NCBI GenBank assembly: GCA_964016885.1
Contig: OZ024754.1
Coordinates: 24,924,001 to 24,988,000, forward strand
Direction: 5' to 3'
From: Eledone cirrhosa
Taxonomy: Eukaryota
DNA: 64,000 nucleotides
The notes beneath the pieces are model-generated. The model had not been told where the DNA came from, made no database searches, and was given only the letters and a program-made list of their open reading frames with translations. The first letter of the stretch is position 1, and every line of letters starts with the position of its first letter. This document shows positions 1 through 13,998 of the stretch, piece by piece. The translations under genes and the position numbers were made by a program.

Positions 1-3000
1 GTACTTTGGTGTTGAAGTGGTAGTACTTTGGTGTTGAAGTGGTAGTACTTTGGTGTTGAAGTGGTAGTACTTTGGTGTTGAGGTGGTAGTACTTTGGTAT
101 TCAAGTGATAGTACTTTGGTGTTGAAGTGGTAGTACTTTGGTGTTGAAGTGATAGTACTTTGGTGTTGAAGTGGTAGTACTTTGGTGTTGAAGTGGTAGT
201 ACTTTGGTGTTGAAGTGGTAGTACTTTGGTGTTGAAGTGATAGTACTTTGGTATTCAAGTGATAGTACTTTGGTGTTGAAGTGGTAGTACTTTGGTGTTG
301 AGGTGGTAGTACTTTGGTATTCAAGTGGTAGTACTTTGGTGTTGAAGTGGTAGTACTTTGGTGTTGAAGTGGTAGTACTTTGGTGTTGAGGTGGTAGTAC
401 TTTGGTGTTGAAGTGATAGTACTTTGGTGTTGAAGTGGTAGTACTTTGGTATTCAAGTGATAGTACTTTGGTGTTGAAATGATAGTACGTTGGTGTTGAA
501 CTTGTAGTACTTTGGTGTTGAAGTGATAGTACTTTGGTGTTGAAGTGATAGTACTTTGGTGTTGAAGTGATAGTACTTTGGTGTTGAAGTGATAGTACTT
601 TGGTGTTGAAGTGGTAGTCCTTTGGTGTTGAGGTGGTAGTACTTTGGTGTTGAAGTGATAGTACTTTGGTGTTGAAGTGGTAGTACTTTGGTGTTGAAGT
701 GATAGTACTTTGGTGTTGAAGTGGTAGTACTTTGGTGTTGAAGTGGTAGTACTTTGGTGTTGAGGTGGTAGTACTTTGGTATTCAAGTGATAGTACTTTG
801 GTGTTGAAGTGGTAGTACTTTGGTGTTGAAGTGATAGTACTTTGGTATTCAAGTGATAGTACTTTGGTGTTGAAGTGGTAGTACTTTGGTGTTGAGGTGG
901 TAGTACTTTGGTATTCAAGTGATAGTACTTTGGTGTTGAAGTGGTAGTACTTTGGTGTTGAAGTGATAGTACTTTGGTGTTGAAGTGGTAGTACTTTGGT
1001 GTTGAAGTGGTAGTACTTTGGTGTTGAGGTGGTAGTACTTTGGTATTCAAGTGATAGTACTTTGGTGTTGAAGTGGTAGTACTTTGGTGTTGAAGTGATA
1101 GTACTTTGGTGTTGAAGTGGTAGTACTTTGGTGTTGAAGTGGTAGTACTTTGGTGTTGAGGTGGTAGTACTTTGGTGTTGAAGTGATAGTACTTTGGTGT
1201 TGAAGTGATAGTACTTTGGTGTTGAAGTGGTAGTACTTTGGTGTTGAAGTGATAGTACTTTGGTGTTGAAGTGGTAGTACTTTGGTGTTGAAGTGATAGT
1301 ACTTTGGTGTTGAAGTGATAGTACTTTGGTGTTGAAGTGGTAGTACTTTGGTGTTGAAGTGATAGTACTTTGGTGTTGAAGTGGTAGTACTTTGGTGTTG
1401 AAGTGGTAGTACTTTGGTGTTGAAGTGATAGTACTTTGGTGTTGAAGTGGTAGTACTTTGGTGTTGAAGTGATAGTACTTTGGTGTTGAAGTGGTAGTAC
1501 TTTGGTGTTGAAGTGGTAGTACTTTGGTGTTGAGGTGGTAGTACTTTGGTGTTGAAGTGATAGTACTTTGGTGTTGAAGTGATAGTACTTTGGTGTTGAA
1601 GTGGTAGTACTTTGGTGTTGAAGTGATAGTACTTTGGTGTTGAAGTGGTAGTACTTTGGTGTTGAAGTGATAGTACTTTGGTGTTGAAGTGGTAGTACTT
1701 TGGTGTTGAAGTGGTAGTACTTTGGTGTTGAGGTGGTAGTAATTTGGTATTCAAGTGATAGTACTTTGGTGTTGAAGTGGTAGTACTTTGGTGTTGAAGT
1801 GATAGTACTTTGGTATTCAAGTGATAGTACTTTGGTGTTGAAGTGGTAGTACTTTGGTGTTGAAGTGATAGTACTTTGGTGTTGAAGTGGTAGTACTTTG
1901 GTGTTGAAGTGGTAGTACTTTGGTGTTGAAGTGATAGAACTTTGGTGTTGAAGTGGTAGTACTTTGGTGTTGAAGTGGTAGTACTTTGGTGTTGAGGTGG
2001 TAGTACTTTGGTATTCAAGTGATAGTACTTTGGTGTTGAAGTGGTAGTACTTTGGTATTCAAGTGGTAGTACTTTGGTGTTGAAGTGATAGTACTTTGGT
2101 GTTGAAGTGGTAGTACTTTGGTGTTGAAGTGATAGTACTTTGGTGTTGAAGTGGTAGTACTTTGGTGTTGAAGTGGTAGTACTTTGGTATTCAAGTGGTA
2201 GTACTTTGGTGTTGAAGTGATAGTACTTTGGTATTCAAGTGGTAGTACTTTGGTGTTGAAGTGGTAGTACTTTGGTGTTGAAGTGGTAGTACTTTTGTGT
2301 TGAAGTGGTAGTACTTTTGTGTTGAAGTGATAGTACTTTGGTGTTGAAGTGGTAGTACTTTGGTGTTGAAGTGGTAGTACTTTGGTATTCAAGTGATAGT
2401 ACTTTGGTGTTGAAGTGGTAGTACTTTGGTGTTGAAGTGATAGTACTTTGGTGTTGAAGTGGTAGTACTTTGGTGTTGAAGTGGTAGTACTTTGGTATTC
2501 AAGTGATAGTACTTTGGTGTTGAAGTGGTAGTACTTTGGTGTTGAAGTGATAGTACTTTGGTGTTGAAGTGGTCGTACTTTGGTGTTGAAGTAATAGTAC
2601 TTTGGTGTTGATGTGGTAGTACTTTGGTGTTGAAGTGGTAGTACTTTGGTGTTGAAGTGATAGTACTTTGGTGTTGAAGTGGTAGTATTTTGGTGTTGAA
2701 GTCGTAGTACTTTGGTGTTGAAGTGGTAGTACTTTGGTGTTGAAGTGATAGTACTTTGGTGTTGAAGTGGTAGTAATTTGGTGTTGAAGTGATAGTACTT
2801 TGGTGTTGAAGTGGTAGTAATTTGGTGTTGAAGTGATAGTACTTTGGTGTTGAAGTGGTAGTAATTTGGTGCTGAAGTGTTAGTACTTTGGTGTTGAAGT
2901 CGTAGTACTTTGGTGTTGAAGTGATAGTACTTTGCTGCTGAAGTGATAGTACTTTGGTGTTGAAGTCGTAGTACTTTGGTGTTGAAGTGATAGTACTTTG

Positions 3001-6000
3001 GTGTTGAAGTGGTAGTACTTTGGTGTTGAAGTGGTAGTACTTTGGTGTTGAAGTCGTAGTACTTTGGTGTTGAAGTGGTAGTACTTTGGTGTTGAAGTGG
3101 TAGTACTTTGGTATTTAAGTGATAGTACTTTGGTGTTGAAGTGGTAGTACTTTGGTGTTGAAGTGGTAGTATTTTGGTGTTGAAGTGGTCGTACTTTGGT
3201 GTTGAAGTGATAGTATTTTGGTGTTGAAGTCGTAGTACTTTGGTGTTGAAGTGGTAGTACTTTGGTGTTGAAGTGATAGTACTTTGGTGTTGAAGTGGTA
3301 GTAATTTGGTGTTGAAGTGATAGTACTTTGGTGTTGAAGTGGTCGTACTTTGGTGTTGAAGTGATAGTACTTTGGTGTTGAAGTGGTCGTACTTTGGTGT
3401 TGAAGTGATAGTACTTTGGTGTTGAAGTGGTCGTACTTTGGTGTTGAAGTGATAGTACTTTGGTGTTGAAGTGGTAGTACTTTGGTGTTGAAGTGATAGT
3501 ACTTTGGTGTTGAAGTGGTCGTACTTTGGTGTTGAAGTGATAGTACTTTGGTGTTGAAGTCGTAGTACTTTGGTGTTGAAGTGGTAGTACTTTGGTGTTG
3601 AAGTGATAGTACTTTGGTGTTGAAGTGGTAGTACTTTGGTGTTGAAGTGATAGTACTTTGGTGTTGAAGTGGTAGTAATTTGGTGTTGAAGTGGTAGTAC
3701 TTTGGTGTTGAAGTGGTAGTACATTGGTGTTGAAGTGGTAGTACTTTGGTGTTGAAGTGGTAGTACTTTGGTGTTGAAGTGGTAGTACTGTGGTGTTGAA
3801 GTGGTAGTAATTTTGTGTTGAAGTGATAGTACTTTGGTGTTGAAGTGGTAGTAGTTTGGTGTTGAAGTGGTAGTACTTTGGTGTTGAAGTCGTAGTACTT
3901 TGGTGTTGAAGTGGTAGTAATTTGGTGTTGAAGTGATAGTACTTTGGTGTTGAAGTGGTAGTACTTTGGTGTTGAAGTCGTAGTACTTTGGTGTTGAAGT
4001 GATAGAACTTTGGTGCTGAAGTGATAGTACTTTGGTGTTGAAGTGATAGTACTTTGGTGTTGAGGTCGTAGTACTTTGGTGTGTAAGTGGTAGTAATTTG
4101 GTGTTGAAGTGATAGTACTTTGGTGTTGAAGTGGTAGTACTTTGGTGTTGAAGTGGTAGTACTTTGGTGTTGAAGTGATAGTACTTTGGTGTTGAAGTGA
4201 TAGTACTTTGGTGTTGAAGTGATAGTACTTTGGTGTTGAAGTGATAGTACTTTGGTGTTGAAGTGATAGTGCTTTGGTGTTGAAGTAATAGTACTTTGGT
4301 GTTGAAGTGATAGTACTTTGGTGTTGAAGTGGTAGTACTTTGGTGTTGAAGTGATAGTTCTTTGGTGTTGAAGTGATAGTACTTTGGTGTTGAAGTGGTA
4401 GTAATTTGTTGTTGAAGTGATAGTACTTTGGTGTTGAAGTGATAGTACTTTGGTATTCAAGTTGTAGTACTTTGGTGTTGAAGTGATAGTACTTTGATGT
4501 TGAAGTGATAGTACTTTGGTGTTGAAGTGATAGTACTTTGGTGTTGAAGTGGTAGTACTTTGGTGTTGATGTGGTAGTACTTTGGTGTTGAAGTGATAGT
4601 ACTTTGGTGTTGAAGTGATAATACTTTGGTATTCAAGTGATAGTACTTTGGTGTTGAAGTGGTAGTAATTTGGTGTTGAAGTGATAGTACTTTGGTGTTG
4701 AAGTGGTAGTACTTTAGTGTTGAAGTGGTAGTACTTTGGTATTCAAGTGGTAGTACTTTGGTGTTGAAGTGGTAGTAATTTGGTGTTGAAGTGATAGTAC
4801 TTTGGTGTTGAAGTGGTAGTAGTTTGGTTTTGAAGTGGTAGTACTTTGGTGTTGAAGTGGTAGTACTTTGGTGTTGAAGTGGTAGTAATTTGGTGTTGAA
4901 GTGATAGTACTTTGGTGTTGAAGTGGTAGTACTTTGGTGTTGAAGTGTTAGTACTTTAGTGCTGAAGTGTTAGTACTTTGGTGTTGAAGTCGTAGTACTT
5001 TGGTGTTGAAATGGTAGTACTTTGGTGTTGAAGTGATAGTACTTTGGTGTTGAAGTGATAGTACATTGGTGTTGAGGTGATAGTACTTTGGTGTTGAAGT
5101 GATAGTACTTTGGTGTTGAAGTGATAGTACTTTGGTGTTGAAGTGATAGTACTTTGGTGTTGAAGTGATAGTACTTTGGTGTTGAGGTGATAGTGCTTTG
5201 GTGTTGAAGTAATAGTACTTTGGTGTTGAAGTGATAGTACTTTGGTGTTGAAGTGGTAGTACTTTGGTGTTGAAGTGATAGTGCTTTGGTGTTGAAGTAA
5301 TAGTACTTTGGTGTTGAAGTGATAGAACTTTGGTGTTGAAGTGGTAGTACTTTGGTGTTGAAGTGATAGTACTTTGGTGTTGAAGTGGTAGTACTTTGGT
5401 GCTGAAGTGGTAGTAATTTGGTGTTGAAGTGATAGTACTTTGGTGCTGAAGTGGTAGTACTTTGGTGTTGAAGTGATAGTACTTTGGTGTTGAAGTGATA
5501 GTACTTTGGTGTTGAAGTGATAGGACTTTGGTGTTGAAGTGATAGTACTTTGGTGTTGAAGTGATAGTACTTTGGTGTTGAAGTGGTAGTACTTTGGTGT
5601 TGAAGTGGTAGTACTTTGGTGTTGAAGTGGTAGTACTTTGGTGTTGAAGTGATAGTACTTTGGTGTTGAAGTCGTAGTACTTTGGTGTTGAAGTGGTAGT
5701 ACTTTGGTGTTGAAGTGGTAGTACTTTGGTGTTGAAGTCGTAGTACTTTGGTGTTGAAGTGGTAGTACTTTGGTGTTGAAGTGATAGTACTTTGCTGCTG
5801 AAGTGGTAGTACTTTGGTGTTGAAGTGATAGTACTTTGGTGTTGAAGTGGTAGTAATTTGGTGTTGAAGTGATAGTACTTTGCTGCTGAAGTGGTAATAC
5901 TTTGGTGTTGAAGTGGTAGTACTTTGGTGTTGAAGTGGTAGTAATTTGGTGTTGAAGTGATAGTACTTTGCTGCTGAAGTGGTAGTACTTTTGTGTTGAA

Positions 6001-9000
6001 GTGATAGTACTTTGGTGTTGAAGTGGTAGTAATTTGGTGTTGAAGTGATAGTACTTTGCTGCTGAAGTGGTAGTACTTTGGTGTTGAAGTGGTAGTATTT
6101 TGGTGTTGAAGTGGTAGTAATTTGGTGTTGAAGTGATAGTACTTTGCTGCTGAAGTGATAGTACTTTGGTGTTGAAGTCGTAGTACTTTGGTGTTGAAGT
6201 CGTAGTAATTTGGTGTTGAATTGATAGTACTTTGGTGTTGAAGTGGTAGTACTTTGGTGTTGAAGTGGTAGTACTTTGGTGTTGAAGTGGTAGTACTTTA
6301 GTGTTGAAGTGGTAGTAATTTGGTGTTGAAGTGGTAGTAATTTGGTGTTGAAGTGATAGTACTTTGCTGCTGAAGAGGTAGTACTTTGGTGTTGAAGTGA
6401 TAGTACTTTGGTATTCAAGTGGTAGTACTTTGGTGTTGAAGTGATAGTACTTTGGTGTTGAAGTGATAGTACTTTGGTGTTGAAGTGATAGTACTTTGGT
6501 GTTGAAGTCGTAGTACTTTGGTGTTAAAGTGGTAGTAATTTGGTGTTGAAGTGATAGTACTTTGGTGTTGAAGTGGTAGTACTTTAATGTTGAAGTGATA
6601 ATACTTTGGTGTTGAAGTGGTAGTAATTTGGTGTTGAAGTGATAGTACTTTGGTGCTGAAGTGGTAGTACTTTGGTGTTGAAGTCGTAGTACTTTGGTCT
6701 TGAAGTGGTAGTACATTGGTGTTGAAGTGATAGTACTTTGGTATTCAAGTGGTAGTACTTTGGTGTTGAAGTGATAGTACTTTGGTGTTGAAGTGATAGT
6801 ACTTTGGTGTTGAAGTGACAGTACTTTGGTGTTGAAGTGGTAGTAATTTGGTGTTGAAGTGATAATACTTTGGTATTCAAGTGGTAGTACTTTGGTGTTG
6901 AAGTTATAGTACTTTGGTGTTGAAGTGATAGTATGTTGGTGTTGAAGTGATAGTACTTTGGTGTTGAAGTGATAGTACTTTGGTGTTGAAGTGATAGTAC
7001 TTTGGTGTTGATGTAATAGTACGTTGGTGTTGAAGTGATAGTACTTTGGTGTTGAAGTGGTAGTACTTTGGTGTTGAAGTGATAGTACTTTGGTGTTGAA
7101 GTGGTAGTACTTTGGTGTTGAAGTGGTAGTAATTTGGTGTTGAAGTTATAGTACTTTGGTGCTGAAGTGGTAGTATTTTAGTGTTGAAGTGATAGTACTT
7201 TGGTATTCAAGTGGTAGTACTTTGGTGTTGAAGTGGTAGTACTTTGGTATTCAAGTGGTAGTACTTTGGTGTTGAAGTGGTAGTACTTTGGTGTTGAAGT
7301 GGTAGTACTTTGGTGTTGAAGTGGTAGTACTTTGGTGTTGAAGTGATAGTACTTTGGTGTTGAAGTGGTAGTACTTTGGTGTTGAAGTGGTAGTACTTTG
7401 GTGTTGAAGTGGTAGTACTTTGGTGTTGAAGTGGTAGTACTTTGGTGTTGAAGTGATAGTACTTTGGTGTTGAAGTGGTAGTACTTTGGTGTTGAAGTGG
7501 TAGTACTTTGGTGTTGAAGTGGTAGTACTTTGGTGTTGAAGTGGTAGTACTTTGGTGTTGAAGTGGTAGTACTTTGGTGTTGAAGTGGAAGTACTTTGGT
7601 GTTGAAATGATAGTACGTTGGTGTTGAACTTGTAGTACTTTGGTGTTGAAGTGATAGTACTTTGGTGTTGAAGTGATAGTACTTTGGTGTTGAAGTGATA
7701 GTACTTTGGTGTTGAAGTGGTAGTCCTTTGGTGTTGAGGTGGTAGTACTTTGGTATTCAAGTGATAGTACTTTGGTGTTGAAGTGGTAGTACTTTGGTGT
7801 TGAAGTGGTAGTACTTTGGTGTTGAAGTGGTAGTACTTTGGTGTTGAGGTGGTAGTACTTTGGTATTCAAGTGATAGTACTTTGGTGTTGAAGTGGTAGT
7901 ACTTTGGTGTTGAAGTGATAGTACTTTGGTGTTGAAGTGGTAGTACTTTGGTGTTGAAGTGGTAGTACTTTGGTGTTGAAGTGATAGTACTTTGGTGTTG
8001 AAGTGATAGTACTTTGGTATTCAAGTGATAGTACTTTGGTGTTGAAGTGGTAGTACTTTGGTGTTGAAGTGATAGTACTTTGGTGTTGAAGTGATAGTAC
8101 TTTGGTATTCAAGTGATAGTACTTTGGTGTTGAAGTGGTAGTACTTTGGTGTTGAAGTGATAGTACTTTGGTGTTGAAGTGGTAGTACTTTGGTGTTGAA
8201 GTGGTAGTACTTTGGTGTTGAAGTGGTAGTACTTTGGTGTTGAAGTGGTAGTACTTTGGTGTTGAAGTGATAGTACTTTGGTATTCAAGTGATAGTACTT
8301 TGGTGTTGAAGTGGTAGTACTTTGGTGTTGAAGTGATAGTACTTTGGTGTTGAAGTGGTAGTACTTTGGTGTTGAAGTGGTAGTACTTTGGTGTTGAAGT
8401 GGTAGTACTTTGGTGTTGAAGTGGTAGTACTTTGGTGTTGAAGTGGTAGTACTTTGGTGTTGAAGTGATAGTACTTTGGTGTTGAAGTGGTAGTACTTTG
8501 GTGTTGAAGTGGTAGTACTTTGGTGTTGAGGTGGTAGTACTTTGGTGTTGAAGTGATAGTACTTTGGTGTTGAAGTGATAGTACTTTGGTGTTGAAGTGA
8601 TAGTACTTTGGTGTTGAAGTGATAGTACTTTGGTGTTGAAGTGATAGTACTTTGGTGTTGAAGTGGTAGTACTTTGGTGTTGAAGTGATAGTACTTTGGT
8701 GTTGAAGTGGTAGTACTTTGGTGTTGAAGTGATAGTACTTTGGTATTCAAGTGGTAGTACTTAGGTGTTGAAGTGATAGTACTTTGGTATTCAAGTGGTA
8801 GTACTTTGGTGTTGAAGTGGTAGTACTTTGGTGTTGAAGTGGTAGTACTTTGGTGTTGAAGTGGTAGTACTTTGGTGTTGAAGTGATAGTACTTTGGTGT
8901 TGAAGTGGTAGTACTTTGGTGTTGAAGTGATAGTACTTTGGTATTCAAGTGGTAGTACTTAGGTGTTGAAGTGATAGTACTTTGGTATTCAAGTGATAGA

Positions 9001-11503
9001 ACTTTGGTGTTGAAGTGATAGTACTTTGGTGTTGAAGTGGTAGTACTTTGGTGTTGAAGTGGTAGTACTTTGGTGTTGAAGTGGTAGTACTTTGGTGTCG
9101 AAGTGGTAGTACTTTGGTGTCGAAGTGGTAGTACTTTGGTGTTGAAGTGATAGTACTTTGGTGTTGAAGTGGTAGTACTTTGGTATTCAAGTGATAGTAC
9201 TTTGGTGTTGAAGTGGTAGTACTTTGGTGTTGAAGTGGTAGTACTTTGGTGTTGAAGTGATAGTACTTTGGTGTTGAAGTGGTAGTACTTTGGTGTTGAA
9301 GTGGTAGTACTTTGGTGTTGAAGTGGTAGTACTTTGGTGTTGAAGTGGTAGTACTTTGGTATTCAAGTGGTAGTACTTTGGTGTTGAAGTGATAGTACTT
9401 TGGTGTTGAAGTGGTAGTACTTTGGTGTTGAAGTGATAGTACTTTGGTGTTGAAGTGGTAGTACTTTGGTGTTGAAGTGATAGTACTTTGGTATTCAAGT
9501 GGTAGTACTTAGGTGTTGAAGTGATAGTACTTTGGTATTCAAGTGGTAGTACTTTGGTGTTGAAGTGGTAGTACTTTGGTATTCAAGTGGTAGTACTTTG
9601 GTGTTGAAGTGATAGTACTTTGGTGTTGAAGTGGTAGTACTTTGGTGTTGAAGTGATAGTACTTTGGTGTTGAAGTGGTAGTACTTTGGTGTTGAAGTGG
9701 TAGTACTTTGGTATTCAAGTGGTAGTACTTTGGTGTTGAAGTGATAGTACTTTGGTATTCAAGTGGTAGTACTTTGGTGTTGAAGTGGTAGTACTTTGGT
9801 GTTGAAGTGGTAGTACTTTTGTGTTGAAGTGGTAGTACTTTTGTGTTGAAGTGATAGTACTTTGGTGTTGAAGTGGTAGTACTTTGGTGTTGAAGTGGTA
9901 GTACTTTGGTATTCAAGTGATAGTACTTTGGTGTTGAAGTGGTAGTACTTTGGTGTTGAAGTGATAGTACTTTGGTGTTGAAGTGGTAGTACTTTGGTGT
10001 TGAAGTGGTAGTACTTTGGTATTCAAGTGATAGTACTTTGGTGTTGAAGTGGTAGTACTTTGGTGTTGAAGTGATAGTACTTTGGTGTTGAAGTGGTAGT
10101 ACTTTGGTGTTGAAGTGATAGTACTTTGGTGTTTGAGTGGTAGTACTTTGGTATTCAAGTGATAGTACTTTGGTATTCAAGTGGTAGTACTTTGGTGTTG
10201 AAGTGGTAGTACTTTGGTGTTGAAGTGATAGTACTTTGGTGTTGAAGTGGTAGTACTTTGGTGTTGAAGTGGTAGTACTTTGGTGTTGAAGTGGTAGTAA
10301 TTTGGTGTTGAAGTGATAGTACTTTGGTGTTGAAGTGGTAGTACTTTGGTGTTGAAGTCGTAGTACTTTGGTGTTGAAGTGGTAGTAATTTGGTGTTGAA
10401 GTGATAGTACTTTGGTGTTGAAGTCGTAGTACTTTGGTGTTGAAGTGGTAGTACTTTGGTGTTGAAGTGATAGTACTTTGGTGTTGAAGTGATAGTACTT
10501 TGGTGTTGAAGTGATTATACTTTGGTGTTGAAGTGATAGTACTTTGGTGTTGAAGTGATTATACTTTGGTGTTGAAGTGGTAGTACTTTGGTGTTGAAGT
10601 CGTAGTACTTTGGTGTTGAAGTGATTATACTTTGGTGCTGAAGTGATAGTACTTTGGTGTTGAAGTCGTAGTACTTTGGTGTTGAAGTGATTATACTTTG
10701 GTGCTGAAGTGATAGTACTTTGGTGTTGAAGTGATTATACTTTGGTGTTGAAGTGATAGTACTTTGGTGTTGAAGTGATTATACTTTGGTGTTGAAGTGA
10801 TAGTACTTTGGTGTTGAAGTCGTAGTACTTTGGTGTTGAAGTGATTATACTTTGGTGCTGAAGTGATAGTACTTTGGTGTTGAAGTGATTATACTTTGGT
10901 GTTGAAGTGATAGTACTTTGGTGTTGAAGTGATTATACTTTGGTGTTGAAGTGATAGTACTTTGGTGTTGAAGTCGTAGTACTTTGGTGTTGAAGTGATT
11001 ATACTTTGGTGTTGAAGTGATAGTACTTTGGTGTTGAAGTCGTAGTACTTTGGTGTTGAAGTGATTATACTTTGGTGTTGAAGTGGTAGTACTTTGGTGT
11101 TGAAGTGATAGTACTTTGGTGTTGAAGTGATTATACTTTGGTGTTGAAGTGATAGTACTTTGGTGTTGAAGTGATTATACTTTGGTGTTGAAGTGACAGT
11201 ACTTTGGTGTTGAAGTGGTAGTAATTTGGTGTTGAAGTGATAGTTCTTTGGTGTTGAAGTGGTAGTAATTTGGTGTTCAAGTGGTAGTACTTTGGTGTTG
11301 AAGTGGTAGTACTTTGGTGTTCAAGTGGTAGTAATTTGGTGTTCAAGTGGTAGTACTTTGGTGTTGAAGTGATTATACTTTTGTGCTGAAGTCGAAGTAC
11401 TTTGGTGTTGAAGTCGTAGTACTTTGGTGTTGAAGTGGTAGTAATTTGGTGTTGAAGTGATAGTACTTTGGTGTTGAAGTGGTAGTACTTTGGTGTTGAA
11501 GTG
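1..11503. repeat. 22-bp tandem satellite, consensus GTACTTTGGTGTTGAAGTG(G/A)TA, ~520 copies, runs off the left edge
   Basis: Unit directly visible with constant 22-bp period and recurrent variants (TATTCAAG, GAGGTG, GTAATT, GTCGTA, GATTATAC). Confidence 0.99.
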
Positions 11504-11589
11504 TATGTATGGGGAGGGTGGAGGTGTATGTATGGGGTGGGTGGAGAGGGAGGGGGGATGGAGTCCGAGCGGGGATGGTAGAGGGCAAG

Positions 11590-11745
11590 GTGTGTGTGTA
11601 GATATAAATGTGTGTGTGTGTGTAGATCTAAGTGTGTGTGAGTGTGTGTGTAGATATAAGTCTGTGTGTGTGTGTGTAGATATAATTGTGTGTGTGTGTG
11701 TAGATTTAAGTGTGTGTGTGTAGATATAAATGTGTGTATATGTGT
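11590..11745. repeat. Short array of TAGAT(A/T)TAA-(TG)n units
   Basis: About 6 copies of tagatataaat/tagatctaagt each followed by (TG)n. Confidence 0.85.
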
Positions 11746-11809
11746 GGGCGTAAGTGTAAGAGTGTGGGATAAAGCCTGTGTATGTATATGTGGGTTTTGA
11801 AAAACCATT

Positions 11810-13962
11810 GTGTGTGTTGCAGTGGAATGTATGTCTGTGTGAATATAGTCCCCGTATGGGTGTAGGTGTGTGCATGTGTCTGTGTGTGTTGAAGTGGAGT
11901 GTAAGTCTGTGTGTATAGTCCCTGTATGGGTGTAGGTGTGTGCGTGTGTCTGTGTGTGTGTTGGAGTGGAATCTATGTCTGTGTATATAGTCCCTGTATG
12001 GGTGTAGGTATGTGTGTGCGTGTCTGTGTGTCTGTTGGAGTGGAGTGTAAGTCTGTGTGTATAGTCCATGTATGGGTGTAGGTGTGTGTGTGTGAGTGTG
12101 TGTGTTTGTTGGAGTGGAGTGTATGTCTGTGTGTGTATAGTCCCTGTATGGGTGTAGGTGTGTGTCTGTGTGTGTTGGAGTGGAGTGTATGTCTGTGTGT
12201 ATAGTCCCTGTATGGGTGTAGGTGTGTGTGTGTCTGTGTGTGTTGGAGTGGAGTGTATGTCTGTTTGTATATAGTCCCTGTATGGGTGTAGGTGTGTGTG
12301 TTGGAGGTGAGTGTAAGTCTGTGTGTATAGTCGCTGTATGGCTGTAGGTGTGTGTGTGTGTGTGTGTTGGAGTGGAGTGTATGTCTGTGTGTATATTCCC
12401 TGGATGGGTGTAGGTGTGTGTGTGTGTCTGTGTGTTGGAGTGGAGTGTAAGTCTGTGTATATAGTCCCTGTATGGGTGTAGGTGTGTGTGTGTGTGTTGG
12501 AGTGGAGTGTATGTCTGTGTGTATAGTCCCTGTATGTGTGTGTGTGCGTGTCTGTGTGTGTGTTGGAGTGGAGTGTATGTCTGTGTGTATAGTCCCTGTA
12601 TGGGTGTAGGTGTGTGCGTGTGTCTGTGTGTGTGTTGGAGTGGAGTGTATGTCTGTTTGTATAGTCCCTGTATGGGTGTAGGTGTGTGTGTGTATGTGTG
12701 TGTGTTGGAGTGGAGTGTAAGTCTGTGTGTATAGTCCCTGTATGGGTGTAGGTGTGTGTGTGTGTGTTGGAGTGGAGTGTATGTCTGTGTGTATAGTCCC
12801 TGTATGGGTGTAGGTGTGTGTGTGTCTGTATGTGTGTTGGAGTGGAGTTTATGTCTGTGTGTATAGTCCCTGTATGGGTGTAGGTGTGTGTGTGTGTCTG
12901 TGTGTGTTGGAGTGGAGTGTAAGACTGTGTGTATAGTCCCTGTATGGATGTAGGTGTGTGTGTGTTGGAGTGGAGTGTATGTCTGTGTGTATAGTCCCTG
13001 TATGGGTGTAGGTGTGTGTGTGTGTCTGTGTGGGTTGTAGTGGAGTGTAAGTATGTGTGTTTAGTCCGTGTATGGGTGTAGGTTTCTGTGTGTGTGTGCG
13101 TTCGAGTGGAGTGTATGTCTGTGTGTATAGGTCCCTGTATGGGTGTAGGTGTGTGTCTGTGTGTGTTGGAGTGGAGTGTATGTCTGTGTGTATAGTCCCT
13201 GTATGGGTGTAGGTGTGTGTGTGTTGGAGTTGAGTGTATGTCTGTCCGTGTGTTGGAGTGGTGTGTATGTCTGTGTGTATAGTCCATGTATGGGTGTAGG
13301 TGTGTGTGTGTGTGTGTGTGTGTTGGAGTGGAGTGTATGTCTGTGTGTATAGTCCCTGTATGGGTGTAGGTGTGTGTGTGTGTGTTGGAGTGGAGTGTAT
13401 GTCTGTGTGTATAGTCACTGTATGTGTGTAGGTGTGTGTGTGTGTCTGTCCGTGTGTTGGAGTGGTGTGTATGTCTGTGTGTATAGTCTCTGTATGGGTG
13501 TAGGTGTGTGTGTGTTGGAGTGGATTGTATGTCTGTGTGTATAGTCCCTGTATGGGTGTAGGAGTGTGTGTGTGTGTCTGTGTGTGTTGGAGTGGAGTGT
13601 AAGTCTGTGTGTATAGTCCCTGTATGGATGTAGGTGTGTGTGTGTTGGAGTGGAGTGTATGTCTGTGTGTATAGTCCCTGTATGGGTGTAGGTGTGTGTG
13701 TGTGTCTGTGTGTGTTGGAGTGGAGTGTAAGTATGTGTGTATAGTCACTGTATGGGTGTAGGTGTGTGTGTGTGTGTTGGAGTGGAGTGTATGTCTGTGT
13801 GTATAGTCCCTGTATGGGTGTAGGTGTGTGTGTGTGTCTGTGTGTGTTGGAGTGGAGTGTAAGTATGTGTGTATAGTCCCTGTATGGGTGTGGGTGTGTG
13901 TGTGTGTCTGTGTGTGTGTTGGAGTTGAGTGTATGTCTGTGTGTATAGTCCCTGTATGGGTG

Positions 13963-13998
<36 letters not shown>

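Noticed and set aside
1047-10180. Long minus-strand ORFs (NTKVLSLQHQSTTTSTPKYYHF repeats)
   Set aside because: The 22-bp monomer lacks stops in all three minus frames; overlapping ORFs in different frames give the same peptide
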